Below are positions 10,121-19,806 of a DNA stretch of 64,000 bases, piece after piece. A program made the translations under genes and the position numbers. The notes beneath the pieces were generated by a model, which ran no database searches, was not told the DNA's origin, and was given only the letters and a program-made list of their open reading frames with translations. This DNA comes from Candidatus Woesearchaeota archaeon (GTDB lineage: Archaea > Nanobdellota > Nanobdellia > Woesearchaeales > SKIA01): positions 93,758 to 157,757 of the forward strand of contig JBJKRI010000003.1 of NCBI GenBank assembly GCA_046704725.1, read 5' to 3'. How positions within the stretch are numbered: the first letter of the stretch is position 1; the number at the start of each line of letters is the position of its first letter.

Positions 10121-10590
10121 CTGACGAACCGACCAGTTACTTCGTCGGATTGCACAAGCCGGGCAGCATGCGTAAGGACCTGCTCGAAGGAGCGAAGATC
10201 TCTGTCAACATCCTCAAATCGCAGTATCGGGTGCGCTCGTTGCGAGCGCGCAAGGTCGAGTTGCTCAGTACTCTCGCGAGCATGACGCGCGAACTATCGA
10301 CCTTGGTCGGATCCATACAGATGGACATGCCTGATCAGCAGCCTGACAAGATGCCCAAGGTTGTACGCGAATTGCAGCAACGGCGGGCCAAGGCAGCGGC
10401 GAAGGAGATGGCTGCCAAGCGGGCCGCGGCCAAGAAGGCGTCGAAGAAACCTTCGAAGAAATCCGCGAAGAAGACCCCGAAGAAGGCTGCGCCGAAGCCC
10501 ACTCCTAAACCAGCCCCTCGTCCTGTGGATGACATGGCGCATCTGGAGCAGAAGCTTGCTGACATCGAGAAGAAGCTTAATAAGCTGTGA
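10117..10590 (+). CDS. coiled-coil protein with histone-H1-like Lys/Ala/Pro-rich tail
   Basis: ATGA overlap; C-terminal AKKASKKPSKKSAKKTPKKAAPKPTPKPAP. Confidence 0.45.
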   Translation: MTDEPTSYFVGLHKPGSMRKDLLEGAKISVNILKSQYRVRSLRARKVELLSTLASMTRELSTLVGSIQMDMPDQQPDKMPKVVRELQQRRAKAAAKEMAAKRAAAKKASKKPSKKSAKKTPKKAAPKPTPKPAPRPVDDMAHLEQKLADIEKKLNKL

Positions 10591-10610
10591 GTTTTCCGTG
10601 CATTTTCCCT

Positions 10611-10713
10611 GTGGGGGTTCCCGAGTGGTCAAAGGGGCAGGACTCAAGCGTCGATTGTGACGGGGATATCCTGTAGCTGAGCGCTTTCGGGGGTTCGAAT
10701 CCCTCCCCCCACA
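10611..10713 (+). tRNA. tRNA-Leu (anticodon CAA) with 19-nt intron after position 37
   Basis: acceptor GTGGGGG/CCCCCAC, anticodon stem CAGGA/TCCTG, loop CTCAAG|intron 10649-10667|A, long variable arm, T-loop TTCGAAT, discriminator A. Confidence 0.8.
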
Positions 10714-10722
10714 TTTTTATGG
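10714..10722 (+). terminator. T-tract terminator after tRNA-Leu
   Basis: acaTTTTTAtgg immediately 3' of tRNA. Confidence 0.4.
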
Positions 10723-10724
10723 AT

Positions 10725-11765
10725 TCACGTGTTTCAGGTGTTCTCCGCCTTGAATTCGATAGATAAGTTTGCGATTTTCAGTGAAATTCTTGGATTGGTC
10801 TGATTTTCCGAATGTCGAGAATTCGTTATTCTCAGGATGCGTGCTTGAAGAATCGCATTTTTCGGATATATCTTGATTTTCGAATTATTGTGTTACAGGC
10901 TTTCAGATACGTGAATTCACTATTTCAGCCACTCAAGGGTTCTGAGCCCTTTGAGGACCTTTAAAATTATTAATTATTGCTTCTCAAAGCCTGAGGAACA
11001 TGAATTCACTCCTTTCAGCTTTCTCAATTCTGTGTGAATTCACTCATTTTTCGGACTGATCGTGCTGCTCCTCACGTGCCTGCAGCGGATCTTGCCTCTT
11101 CTGCTCGATATTCAGGTTACTGTTGGCGTTTCTGTTGTATTTTCTATATAGATATAAATATCATCTACTGAAATTGGATTCTAGAGCTACAGGCTTTGGG
11201 GGACGTGAATTGACGTGTTTACTGATTTTTTGAAATTTTCCGATTTTCTGTGATTTTCGAATTTAATTATAGCTTCTCAAAGGCTGAGGTGTACGAATTC
11301 TCGAGTTCCAATGTCTTTGAAACTGGCTGTTTTGGCTTCAGATCCCGTTCGTTTTGTGGAGTTGGATCCTTCATTTGTGCTATTTTTGGCCTCCGTCGCA
11401 CGCTCTATCTGTCGATTGTATCTTTTTTGATATTTTCTATAATGAAAATAATTGATTTTCCGCTTATTTTCGATCGATTTCTGTGTTTTTGATTCGTGCG
11501 ATATAGGCTTTGGGGGAAATGAATTCTCGAGTTTCGCTATTTTATGGTCTTAAGCTGGATATCTTGGTTTTCTGGCCACGATTCTCGCTTCCCAAAGCCC
11601 GAGGGGGATGAATTCTCGAGAATCAATGATTGAAAACTGGCTTTGTATTACCAAGTATGGAAATATCACACAAAAACCGGAAGATTTCCGGAATGCTTTA
11701 TAATAGATGGTTCCGGCGATGCTGCGATCCGACCCGAAAAATATAGAGTTAAATATTACTTAGTA
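10725..11765. repeat. AT-rich non-coding island with >=7 copies of degenerate ~25-nt motif AGGCTTTgrGGGAnnnTGAATTCnC
   Basis: ~40% GC versus ~60% flanks; no credible ORF; motif copies near 10893, 10985, 11035, 11192, 11272, 11505, 11597; also recurring gattttc and aaactggct elements. Confidence 0.6.
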
Positions 11766-11778
11766 CGACCAGATTGGT

Positions 11779-12042
11779 ATGAGAACTGTTTCTCTCAAGA
11801 TGGCGGACAGTATCCTAGATAGGATCGATGCCCACCTTGAGCGACACAACTTCACGACACGCACGGAATTCATACGGGAAGCCATCCGGGACAAGCTCCA
11901 AGAGCTCGAAAGTGATAGGTTCGAATCAGAAATCCGTAAATACTTCCGGCACCATTCTACCGAATTAGGCAAAGAAATCAACGATATCGAAAGCGACGTG
12001 TTCCGAGAGCTGGAGAACCGCTTCGGAAGACAGCGACGATAG
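11779..12042 (+). CDS. ribbon-helix-helix (CopG family) transcriptional regulator
   Basis: MADSILDRIDAHLERHNFTTRTEFIREAIRDKL RHH motif; TATA aaaatatag ~30 nt upstream. Confidence 0.65.
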   Translation: MRTVSLKMADSILDRIDAHLERHNFTTRTEFIREAIRDKLQELESDRFESEIRKYFRHHSTELGKEINDIESDVFRELENRFGRQRR

Positions 12043-12051
12043 GAGAATACC

Positions 12052-13380
12052 ATGACTCTTGAATTGACCGCCATAGGCGGATATAACGAAGTAGGAAGGC
12101 AGTCCACAGCCGTCAAAGTGGACAATGACGTCATCATCATCGATCTGGGATTGCACCTGGACCAGTACATCAAGTACACAGAGGACGAGGAGGAAGACAT
12201 CAACACGACCAGTTCGCGCGGCCTGCGAAAAGCGGGAGCGATCCCTGATTGGACGAGCATCCGCGACTGGAAAAAGGACGTGCGGGCGATCATCCTGACG
12301 CACGCGCACCTCGACCACGTCGGCGCCGTGCCGTATCTCGCGCGCATCTTCGGGTGCCCTATCTACGGTTCGCCGTTCACCATCGCGTTGCTTAAGCAGC
12401 TCATCGCGGACAAGGATATCGACGTCCCGAACACATTGATCCCTGTGGACAAGAAGGTGAAGATCACTGACAAGGTGACCGCCGAGTTCATCCACATGAC
12501 GCACAGCACTGCGGACAGCCGTTTCGTCGCGCTCCATACGCCGTACGGCGTCGTCTCGATCGACAACGACTACAAGCTCGACCCGCATCCCACGCTCGGC
12601 CACCCGCCCGACTACGCGCGCCTCGGAAAGCTCAAGGGCAATATCATCGCCCATGTCGGCGAGTGCCTGTATGTGCAGAACGCGACCAAGACCCCTTCGG
12701 AGGTCGTCGCCCGCCAGATGCTCGAGGACGTCTTGCTCACGCAGGACTTCAAGAACCGCACGGTCTTCGTTAGCACTTTCTCCAGCCACATCGCGCGTCT
12801 GCACACCCTCATGGAGATCGGCAAGGCCATGGGGCGCGAGGTGGTCTTCCTGGGACGCAGCATGAGCAAGTACCTCGCGGCGGCAGAAGAGGCGAAGATC
12901 CTCAAGACGCCCAAGCACGTCACGTTGCTCAAGTACGGCAGCCAGATACGGCGCTTCTTCAAGCAGCACCGCGACCTGTCATCGTACCTCGTCGTCTGCA
13001 CCGGGCACATGGGCGAGAAGAAAGCGGCCCTCACCAAGCTCGTCGAGGGCAAGTATCCCTTCCGGTTCAAGCCCGACGATGTCGTGGTCTTCAGCAGCCG
13101 CACCATACCCGTGCCGGGAATCATCGCTGACCGTGCCGACCTCCAGCGCAAGCTGCGCGGAGCGCAGGTGCGCATCTTCGACGAGGTCCACGTCTCGGGC
13201 CACGCCTCGCGCGAGGATATCCGTCGCCTCATCCAGCTCATCCGGCCCGAGCACCTCGTGCCGAACCATGGTGTCCCTGCCATGACGGAGAGCTACATCG
13301 CGCTCGCGCGCGAGCTCGGCTACGACCCCGACAAGATCCACAACCTGCGTGAGGGCGACCGCATCGTGCTCGCCAAGTAG
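12052..13380 (+). CDS. archaeal RNase J / beta-CASP metallo-beta-lactamase ribonuclease
   Basis: 442 aa; IIIDLG...ILTHAHLDHVGAVPYL MBL motif plus beta-CASP C-terminal region with HVSGHA. Confidence 0.75.
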   Translation: MTLELTAIGGYNEVGRQSTAVKVDNDVIIIDLGLHLDQYIKYTEDEEEDINTTSSRGLRKAGAIPDWTSIRDWKKDVRAIILTHAHLDHVGAVPYLARIFGCPIYGSPFTIALLKQLIADKDIDVPNTLIPVDKKVKITDKVTAEFIHMTHSTADSRFVALHTPYGVVSIDNDYKLDPHPTLGHPPDYARLGKLKGNIIAHVGECLYVQNATKTPSEVVARQMLEDVLLTQDFKNRTVFVSTFSSHIARLHTLMEIGKAMGREVVFLGRSMSKYLAAAEEAKILKTPKHVTLLKYGSQIRRFFKQHRDLSSYLVVCTGHMGEKKAALTKLVEGKYPFRFKPDDVVVFSSRTIPVPGIIADRADLQRKLRGAQVRIFDEVHVSGHASREDIRRLIQLIRPEHLVPNHGVPAMTESYIALARELGYDPDKIHNLREGDRIVLAK

Positions 13381-13439
13381 GCGTCGCCCTACTGGCGTAG
13401 TGAGGAGTCTTTTTTAAGCAGCGCCCGGCCTTCCGCTGC

Positions 13440-14399
13440 ATGACTGATTCCGAAGGGGTCTACTTCCTGCTCAAGCAGTACGATTCGCAATTGCAGGACG
13501 CCCTGCGCGCCCCCGTCCCGTCGGTCGAGTACCGCAATGTCCAGCGTGTGGTGGTGTGCGGCATGGGCGGCTCTGGTGTCGTCGGCGATTTCGTCAAGGC
13601 CCTTGTCGGCCGGGTCGTCGTCGAGGTCGTCAAGGGCTACTCCTTGCCGGATTGGGTGGGCCATCACGACCTGGTCGTCTGCGTCTCCTACAGCGGCAAC
13701 ACCGAGGAGACCTTGACGTGCTTCGCCGCGGCCCGCAAGCGCGGCGCATTGACTGTCGTGGTCACCAGCGGCGGCAAGCTCTTCTCACAGGCACGCGACG
13801 GTGCTGTGCCTGTCTGTCGCGTCCCTTCCGGCCTTCCGCCGCGTTTCGCTACCGTGCATATGCTCGTGCCGCTTCTCGGCGTCCTGCAGGAGCTCGCGAT
13901 CAGCGAGGCCGTCCAGGACATCCCCGGCAATGTCCTCGTGGACGAGAAGTTCTGCCGTTCTGTGGCCACGCGCCTGGTCGGCCACACCCCTCTTGTCTAT
14001 GCGAGCACGCAGAACATGGTGCTCTCCGAGAAGCTCAAGACCGATATCAACGAGAACGCCAAGGTCCCTGCCTTCTACAACGTCTTTCCCGAGGCCAACC
14101 ATAACGAGCTCAACAGCTACGAGCACATCACGCCGAACTACGCCGTGGTCTTCCTGCGCGACCCGCACGACAACGAGCGCGTCGTGCGGCGCATGGACGG
14201 CGCCAAGGGCATCCTGGAGGAACGACACGTCCGTGTCATCAATATCCCCTTGTCGGAGCGCTCCGTGGCCTACAAGCTCTTGCAGGGTAACCTCCAGGGC
14301 CTGCTCATCAGTTACTTCCTCGCCATGGCTTACGGTATCGATCCTGGCCCCGTCAACCTCATCGAACGCTTCAAGAAGACCATCGCCCAAGAGCGTTAG
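13440..14399 (+). CDS. bifunctional phosphoglucose/phosphomannose isomerase (SIS domain)
   Basis: VVVCGMGGSG...VSYSGNTEET SIS motifs, 319 aa. Confidence 0.6.
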   Translation: MTDSEGVYFLLKQYDSQLQDALRAPVPSVEYRNVQRVVVCGMGGSGVVGDFVKALVGRVVVEVVKGYSLPDWVGHHDLVVCVSYSGNTEETLTCFAAARKRGALTVVVTSGGKLFSQARDGAVPVCRVPSGLPPRFATVHMLVPLLGVLQELAISEAVQDIPGNVLVDEKFCRSVATRLVGHTPLVYASTQNMVLSEKLKTDINENAKVPAFYNVFPEANHNELNSYEHITPNYAVVFLRDPHDNERVVRRMDGAKGILEERHVRVINIPLSERSVAYKLLQGNLQGLLISYFLAMAYGIDPGPVNLIERFKKTIAQER

Positions 14400-14504
14400 G
14401 CACTATGATTCTGCGCTTCTGAGAGTCCCAGAGGGGCCGTTCCAAGGGTTCCAGCGACATAACGCTTATATAGACCCTGCGCCTGGCCCTATCCAGGAGA
14501 GACA

Positions 14505-15269
14505 ATGAAACTCACGCTCGCTGACGCACGATTGCTCAAGGACGCTGTGGCCATCATCTCAGAACTCGTGACCGAGGCCCGCTTCGGCCTGTCCAAGGAG
14601 GGTATGGAGCTCATCGCCCTGGATCCCGCGACCGTCGCGATGGTGAATTTCAAGCTGCTCGCGAGCGCCTTCTCCGAATTCAAGCTCGACGGCACCGAGG
14701 AGATCAGCCTCAACCTCATGAACCTCAAGCAGGTCCTGCGCCGCGCAGGACCCAGCGACAGTCTCGTCCTCGAGACCCAGGAGAACAAGCTCAAGATCGT
14801 CATCAAGGGCGCGTCAACGCGCACCTTCCACCTGCCCCTCATCGAAATGGACGAGGGACGCCGGCAGATCCCGAAGGTGGAGTACACCGCGACGGTCACC
14901 ACGACGAGCCAGCAATTGTCGGACGCCATCGACGACGCGGACATCGTGGCCGAGAGCGTCGCCTTCATCGCCAAGGACAAGCTCTTCACGGTGAATGCCG
15001 AGGGCGACCTGTCCAAGGTGAACATCGAGATTCCGCAGGACACGGACACGAAGATCGTGGTCGAGGAGAAGGTCGGGAAAGACAAGGTCGAGCAGCCCAT
15101 CAAGGCGCGCTACTCCATCGAGTACCTCAAGAAGATGGTGCAGGGCTCCAAGCTCGCCGACAAGGTCATGATCCAGTTCCGCACCGACCACCCGCTCCGC
15201 CTCGAGTACAAGGTCCTCAACAAGGTCCTGCTCGTCTTCATCCTCGCGCCCCGCGTCGAGAACGATTAG
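14505..15269 (+). CDS. pcn: DNA polymerase sliding clamp PCNA
   Basis: 254 aa; MKLTLADARLLKDAVAIISELVTEARF...LIALDPATVAMVNFKL; TATA cttatata 32 nt upstream. Confidence 0.85.
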   Translation: MKLTLADARLLKDAVAIISELVTEARFGLSKEGMELIALDPATVAMVNFKLLASAFSEFKLDGTEEISLNLMNLKQVLRRAGPSDSLVLETQENKLKIVIKGASTRTFHLPLIEMDEGRRQIPKVEYTATVTTTSQQLSDAIDDADIVAESVAFIAKDKLFTVNAEGDLSKVNIEIPQDTDTKIVVEEKVGKDKVEQPIKARYSIEYLKKMVQGSKLADKVMIQFRTDHPLRLEYKVLNKVLLVFILAPRVEND

Positions 15270-16003
15270 GACTGTTTCTGCAAGTCCTCGTGCTGCCCTT
15301 CTGTGGGCTGCCAGTGCAAGGGGCGGTTGAAGCTGTGCTCCTTGTCCCGTTTGAGGTCGCTGCCCGTCCACTCGTAGACGATGGGCTCGCCGAACGGCAA
15401 CTCGAGATGCGGGATGTCCTGGTCGCTGATGTTGTCGAGGTGCTTGATGATGGCGCGCAGGCTGTTGCCGTGCGCGGACACGATGACGTTCTTGCCTTCC
15501 TTGACCGCTCGCATGACCTGTCCGGTGAAGTAGGGCAGCACGCGTGCCGTGGTGTCCTTCAAAGACTCCCCATTGGGTGGCGGGACATCCCAGGAGCGGC
15601 GCCAGATATGCACTTGTTCGTCACCGAACTCCTCTCGCATCTTCTGCTTATCCTTTCCCTGCAGGTCGCCGTAGAAACGTTCGTTCAAAGCGTCGTCAGA
15701 GAAGATCGGGATCTCGTTGTCCTCGAACTGGTCAGGATGATTGGACCAGCCCTTGCGCTTGTCGCTCTCGTGCAAGAAGATGCCGGTCTTCATCTGCTTG
15801 GCGAGGATCGCGAGCAGAGTCTGGTGCGCGCGCACGAGCTTGCTCGTGAACGCGACGTCCAGGTCGAGCCCTTGCAATTCTTCGGCGGCGATCATCGCTT
15901 CGTAGATTCCCTTCTCCGTGAGGGGGACGTCCACCCAGCCGGTGAACTTGTTGGCGATGTTCCAGCGCGATTCTCCGTGACGGACGAGGATGAGAAAGCT
16001 CAT
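15266..16003 (-). CDS. gpmA: 2,3-bisphosphoglycerate-dependent phosphoglycerate mutase
   Basis: LILVRHGESRWNIANKFTGWVDVPLTEKG catalytic His motif. Confidence 0.85.
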   Translation of the reverse strand: MSFLILVRHGESRWNIANKFTGWVDVPLTEKGIYEAMIAAEELQGLDLDVAFTSKLVRAHQTLLAILAKQMKTGIFLHESDKRKGWSNHPDQFEDNEIPIFSDDALNERFYGDLQGKDKQKMREEFGDEQVHIWRRSWDVPPPNGESLKDTTARVLPYFTGQVMRAVKEGKNVIVSAHGNSLRAIIKHLDNISDQDIPHLELPFGEPIVYEWTGSDLKRDKEHSFNRPLHWQPTEGQHEDLQKQS

Positions 16004-16052
16004 AGGTTCTTTCCCGAGTGCTTCGCTCTTAAATGTTATGCGGGATGGAATC

Positions 16053-16599
16053 TTACCGGAGCCGCGGGATGCTGGTGTTCGCTACGCGCGCGAGCGCTTC
16101 GTGCGTGACGTCCGGACGATGCCGCACATTCGGCTCGTAGATGTCGTATGAGGGGTTGGTGAGTCCTGTCTGGCGCCACATCCTCTCTAGCTCGTCGCGG
16201 AAACCTTGCGAGAGGACGTAATCCAGTTGTGTTTCGGGGTGCTCCCACCAGAGCTTCAGGAATTCCTCTCCGGGCCGCGCTTCGTGCATCGCGTCGGGCT
16301 CGACGAGCAGCCGATAGACGGTGATGCGGACATCCTCGAAGAGTCGTTCGCGGACCAGCAGCGGGGCTGTCGAGAGAGGACGCACCGCTTCTTTCGGGAT
16401 GCTGGTCTCTTCGGAGAAATGCCGCCGGGCGAGTTCCGCGCTCCCTTGCATGGGAGCGATCTTTCCTGGGATGACCCATTCGTATGGATAGCGCGACGGC
16501 CGTCCGGCAACCTCGTTCCACGGCTTCCGCTGCCCGAGCAGCGTCTGCAAGCCCGTCGGTGTGTATGCTTGCCCGATGGCTGCCGTCAATTCCCGCATC
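16053..16599 (-). CDS. hypothetical protein
   Basis: 182-aa C-terminal portion (from MRELTAAIG) of a 489-aa GC-artefact ORF; does not overlap the dhs start at 16674. Confidence 0.35.
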
Positions 16600-16673
16600 T
16601 CGCTTCGGATGCTGCCCGTGCTTATCAGTCCTATGGAGGATTCCTTTTTATACGGCGGCCTGTTCCGGCCATC

Positions 16674-17672
16674 ATGACCGACGAATTCGTCTCTGAGGGC
16701 ACCGGACGGCTCAGCCACATGCCTGAGCCCACCACGACGCTCGACGACCATCCCGACGTCCACGGTTTCGACCTCGGCGAGGAATTGTCGGCTTCCGGTT
16801 TGCTCGACGCCATGGGCAGTATCGGTTTCCAGGCCACGCACTTGTCGCGAGCCCTCGAGGTCGTGAAAGCGATGCGCCGCGAGGGCGCCACCATCTTCTT
16901 CTCCTTCACAGGCAACATGGTCTCTTCCGGGGTGCGGGATCTCATCCGCTATCTCGTCGAGCACGAGTACGTCGACGCTCTTGTCACCAACGCCGGCGGC
17001 GTGGAGGAGGATATCATCAAGTGCTTCGCGCCTTTCAAGATCGGCTCGTTCACCGTTCCCGGCCATGTCCTGTTCGAGAAGGGCGTGCACCGCATCGGCA
17101 ACATCTTCGTGCCGACCGACCGCTACACCAAGCTCGACCAGTGGCTCACCCCGCGCATGGATTCCTATTTCGAACAACACAAGGTCGTTCGTCCATTGGA
17201 ATTGCTCAAGTGGGTCGGTCAGGAGCTCGATGACGACAGCAGCATCCTGACATGGGCGTCGCGCAACGACATCCCTGTCTTCTGTCCTGGCCTGCACGAC
17301 GGCAGCTTCGGGCAGTTGTTCTACTTCCGCACCCACAAGGACAAGGAGTTCGTCGTGGATATCGCGCGCGAGAACAAGGCGATGATTGAATTGGCGTTGG
17401 GAGCGGAGAAGACCGGCGCGATCATCCTCGGCGGTGGTATCAGCAAGCACTGGACATTGCTTGGAAACATCTTCAACGACGGATTGCAGTACGTGGTCTA
17501 TATCAACACGGGCATCGAGCATGACGGCAGCGACTCCGGAGCGGCGACCGAAGAGGCGGTGACCTGGTCCAAGATCCGTCCCGACGCCTTGGCGGTCAAG
17601 GTATGGTGCGACGCGACGATCGCCTTTCCGCTCTTGTGCGCGGGCTGGATGTCTTGGGAGCGCTCGCGATGA
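16674..17672 (+). CDS. dys: deoxyhypusine synthase
   Basis: 332 aa from MTDEFVSEGT; FFSFTGNMVSSGVRDLIRYLVEHEYVDALVTNAGGVEEDIIK conserved DHS core; TATA cctttttatacgg upstream. Confidence 0.85.
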   Translation: MTDEFVSEGTGRLSHMPEPTTTLDDHPDVHGFDLGEELSASGLLDAMGSIGFQATHLSRALEVVKAMRREGATIFFSFTGNMVSSGVRDLIRYLVEHEYVDALVTNAGGVEEDIIKCFAPFKIGSFTVPGHVLFEKGVHRIGNIFVPTDRYTKLDQWLTPRMDSYFEQHKVVRPLELLKWVGQELDDDSSILTWASRNDIPVFCPGLHDGSFGQLFYFRTHKDKEFVVDIARENKAMIELALGAEKTGAIILGGGISKHWTLLGNIFNDGLQYVVYINTGIEHDGSDSGAATEEAVTWSKIRPDALAVKVWCDATIAFPLLCAGWMSWERSR

Positions 17673-18154
17673 ACGTCGACGACGTCCCGCCGTCGGTCAG
17701 CGCGTTCTCGTCGCTTCCGCGTTTTCCGGACGGACGCATCGATTATTCCGGTTCGGACACCGCTCCGGTCCTCACGGCTTTCCTCTTTTTCGGCGACCAG
17801 CTCTTGCTGCTCAAGCGCAGCCAGAATGTCGGTGCCTACAAGGGTCTCTGGAATGGTGTCGGCGGCTATCTCGATGAGCAGGTCCCGCTACGCCAGAAGG
17901 TTCTCGAGGAGCTGCGTGAGGAGCTCTCGATTCCCGAGGAGCGAGTCGTCTCGATGAAGGCAGCAGAGCCGATGGACTTGCTCGACGCGGAGATCGGGCG
18001 TCGCTGGATCATCCATCCCGTCCGCGTGGACATTGACAGCAACGACTTCACCTTGGATGAGGAGCATACCGAGGCGCGTTGGATACGGCCCGAAGAGCTC
18101 GGAACCTTCGATTACGTGCTCGGTGCGGACACCGTGCTCCACAAACTCTTATGA
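17669..18154 (+). CDS. NUDIX hydrolase
   Basis: GGYLDEQVPLRQKVLEELREELSI Nudix box (GX5EX7REUXEEXGU-like). Confidence 0.7.
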   Translation: MNVDDVPPSVSAFSSLPRFPDGRIDYSGSDTAPVLTAFLFFGDQLLLLKRSQNVGAYKGLWNGVGGYLDEQVPLRQKVLEELREELSIPEERVVSMKAAEPMDLLDAEIGRRWIIHPVRVDIDSNDFTLDEEHTEARWIRPEELGTFDYVLGADTVLHKLL

Positions 18155-18157
18155 GTT

Positions 18158-18913
18158 TCAGGTCCGAAGTCCCCAGCCTTTCTTGAAGAGCCAGAAGTCC
18201 ACGGCGAGAAAAGCCGCGGCCATTCCTGACAAGATGATGATGCCGAGCCAGATGGGCGCTTCGGCAGTGCCGATCATGCTGTAGCGCACCCCGTTGACCA
18301 TGTAGAAGATGGGGTTGATGCGCGTGAATATCTGCAGTCCCTTTGGTATCGCTTGTATACTGTAGAACACGCCGCCCAGGAATACCAGCGGCGTGATGGC
18401 GAAGTTCATGAGGATGTTGAGCTGGTCATGCCGCTTCGCCCACAACCCGATGATGATGCCGAGGCCGGCGAAGCTGACCGTGGTGAGCAGGATGTGCACG
18501 ATGAGCAAGAACGGGTGCAGCGGGACGACGACCACGAACAGCAGGCTGATGACCCAGACTGCCACGCCGAGCGTGGCTCCCCGCACGATGCCGCCGATGA
18601 TGAAGCCGACGACCATCTCGCTGTATGACAGCGAGGAGAGCAGGACGTCGTTGATGTAGCCGAGCAAGCGTCCCATGTAGAGGCTTCCCGACGGGTTGCT
18701 GTAGCTGCCGATGACAAGCTGCATGAGGATGAGTCCCGGAAGCAGGAAGCGTAGGTACTCCGTGGGATTGCCTTGGCTGATGCGGCTTCCCAACGCGACA
18801 CCGAAGATGAGGAAATACAGGAGCGCCGATATCATCGGCGGGATGATGGTGTTGTTCGCGACCTCGAAAAAGCGTCCTGTCTCGTGCTTGACGAGCGTCC
18901 AGATGGCCCTCAT
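18158..18913 (-). CDS. ABC-2 type transporter permease
   Basis: six hydrophobic helices, start MRAIWTLVKHE overlapping ATPase stop (ATGA). Confidence 0.7.
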   Translation of the reverse strand: MRAIWTLVKHETGRFFEVANNTIIPPMISALLYFLIFGVALGSRISQGNPTEYLRFLLPGLILMQLVIGSYSNPSGSLYMGRLLGYINDVLLSSLSYSEMVVGFIIGGIVRGATLGVAVWVISLLFVVVVPLHPFLLIVHILLTTVSFAGLGIIIGLWAKRHDQLNILMNFAITPLVFLGGVFYSIQAIPKGLQIFTRINPIFYMVNGVRYSMIGTAEAPIWLGIIILSGMAAAFLAVDFWLFKKGWGLRT

Positions 18914-19806
18914 CGCTTCTTCCTCGTGAGCCGCAAGAAGACCTCTTCCAGCGATTGCCGCCTCGTGTCGATGCCCACGAGCTCTCCGGCATTCTGCAGC
19001 TCCTTGATGACTGCGGATTCGTCCTGTCCGGGCTCGATTTGCACCGTGAGCGTCTTGTCTTCGCGTGTCGCTCCTTTCACCGCTTTGGGCTTTTTCGCGT
19101 ATGTCGCGGTGATGGTCTTTCTCGCGAAGCGGTCGAGCAGTGCGGTCTTCTTCTCGACATGCAGGATGGTGCCGTCGTTGATGATCGCGACCGTGTCGCA
19201 CAGTTCCTGCGCCTCCTCGATGTAGTGCGTCGTCAGAAGGACGGTCAGGCCGTCGTCATTGAGGCCGCGGATCTGCTCCCACAATTCTTGCCGCGTCTCC
19301 ACGTCAAGGCCTGCTGTCGGCTCGTCGAGGATGAGTATCTCCGGTCCGTGTATGAGCGCTTTGGCGAGCTCGACACGGCGTTTCTGCCCGCCGCTGATCT
19401 CTCTTGGGGTTCGTTTCGCCAGCGAGGTGATGCCGAACCGCTTGAGGAGCTTCTTCGTTCGTTTCTCGGCTTCATCAGCAGGGATGCCGAAGTATCCCGC
19501 TTGGTAGACGAGCAGGTCGTGCACGGAGAAGAACGGGTCCATCTGCAGCTCCTGCTGAGACAGGCCGATGGCCCTTCGTGCTGCGCGATACTCTTGCTTG
19601 TTGTCGTGGCCGACCACGACGATCTTTCCTTTTGTCGGCTCTGTCAATCCGCAGATGCAGTGGATAAGCGTGGTCTTCCCCGCACCGTTTGGTCCGAGCA
19701 ATCCGAAGAAGCTGCCCTTGGGGATTTCGAGGTCGATCCCTTTGAGGGCGTGGACGTCCTTGTACGCTTTCTTGACGCCACGTATCTCTATCGCCGCAAC
19801 CATAGC
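18910..19806 (-). CDS. ABC transporter ATP-binding protein
   Basis: GLLGPNGAGKTT Walker A, LSGGQKRRVELA signature, ILILDEPTAGLD Walker B; TATA tttatatag ~25 nt upstream of MVAAIEIRG start. Confidence 0.8.
   Translation of the reverse strand, partial: AMVAAIEIRGVKKAYKDVHALKGIDLEIPKGSFFGLLGPNGAGKTTLIHCICGLTEPTKGKIVVVGHDNKQEYRAARRAIGLSQQELQMDPFFSVHDLLVYQAGYFGIPADEAEKRTKKLLKRFGITSLAKRTPREISGGQKRRVELAKALIHGPEILILDEPTAGLDVETRQELWEQIRGLNDDGLTVLLTTHYIEEAQELCDTVAIINDGTILHVEKKTALLDRFARKTITATYAKKPKAVKGATREDKTLTVQIEPGQDESAVIKELQNAGELVGIDTRRQSLEEVFLRLTRKKR

Noticed and set aside
11250-11492. 80-aa ORF inside AT-rich island
   Set aside because: Phe/Ile/Ser-rich translation of AT-rich DNA with no start context; composition unlike other genes.
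10725-11765. CRISPR array interpretation of the AT-rich repeats
   Set aside because: Repeat copies are degenerate and spacing is irregular (50-230 bp); no cas genes; occurs in both half-orientations.
11965-12969. 334-aa minus-strand ORF over RNase J
   Set aside because: Antisense to well-supported beta-CASP RNase J gene; low-complexity translation.
16053-17522. 489-aa minus ORF spanning dhs
   Set aside because: Antisense to deoxyhypusine synthase; only the 3' 182 codons upstream of dhs kept as a possible gene.
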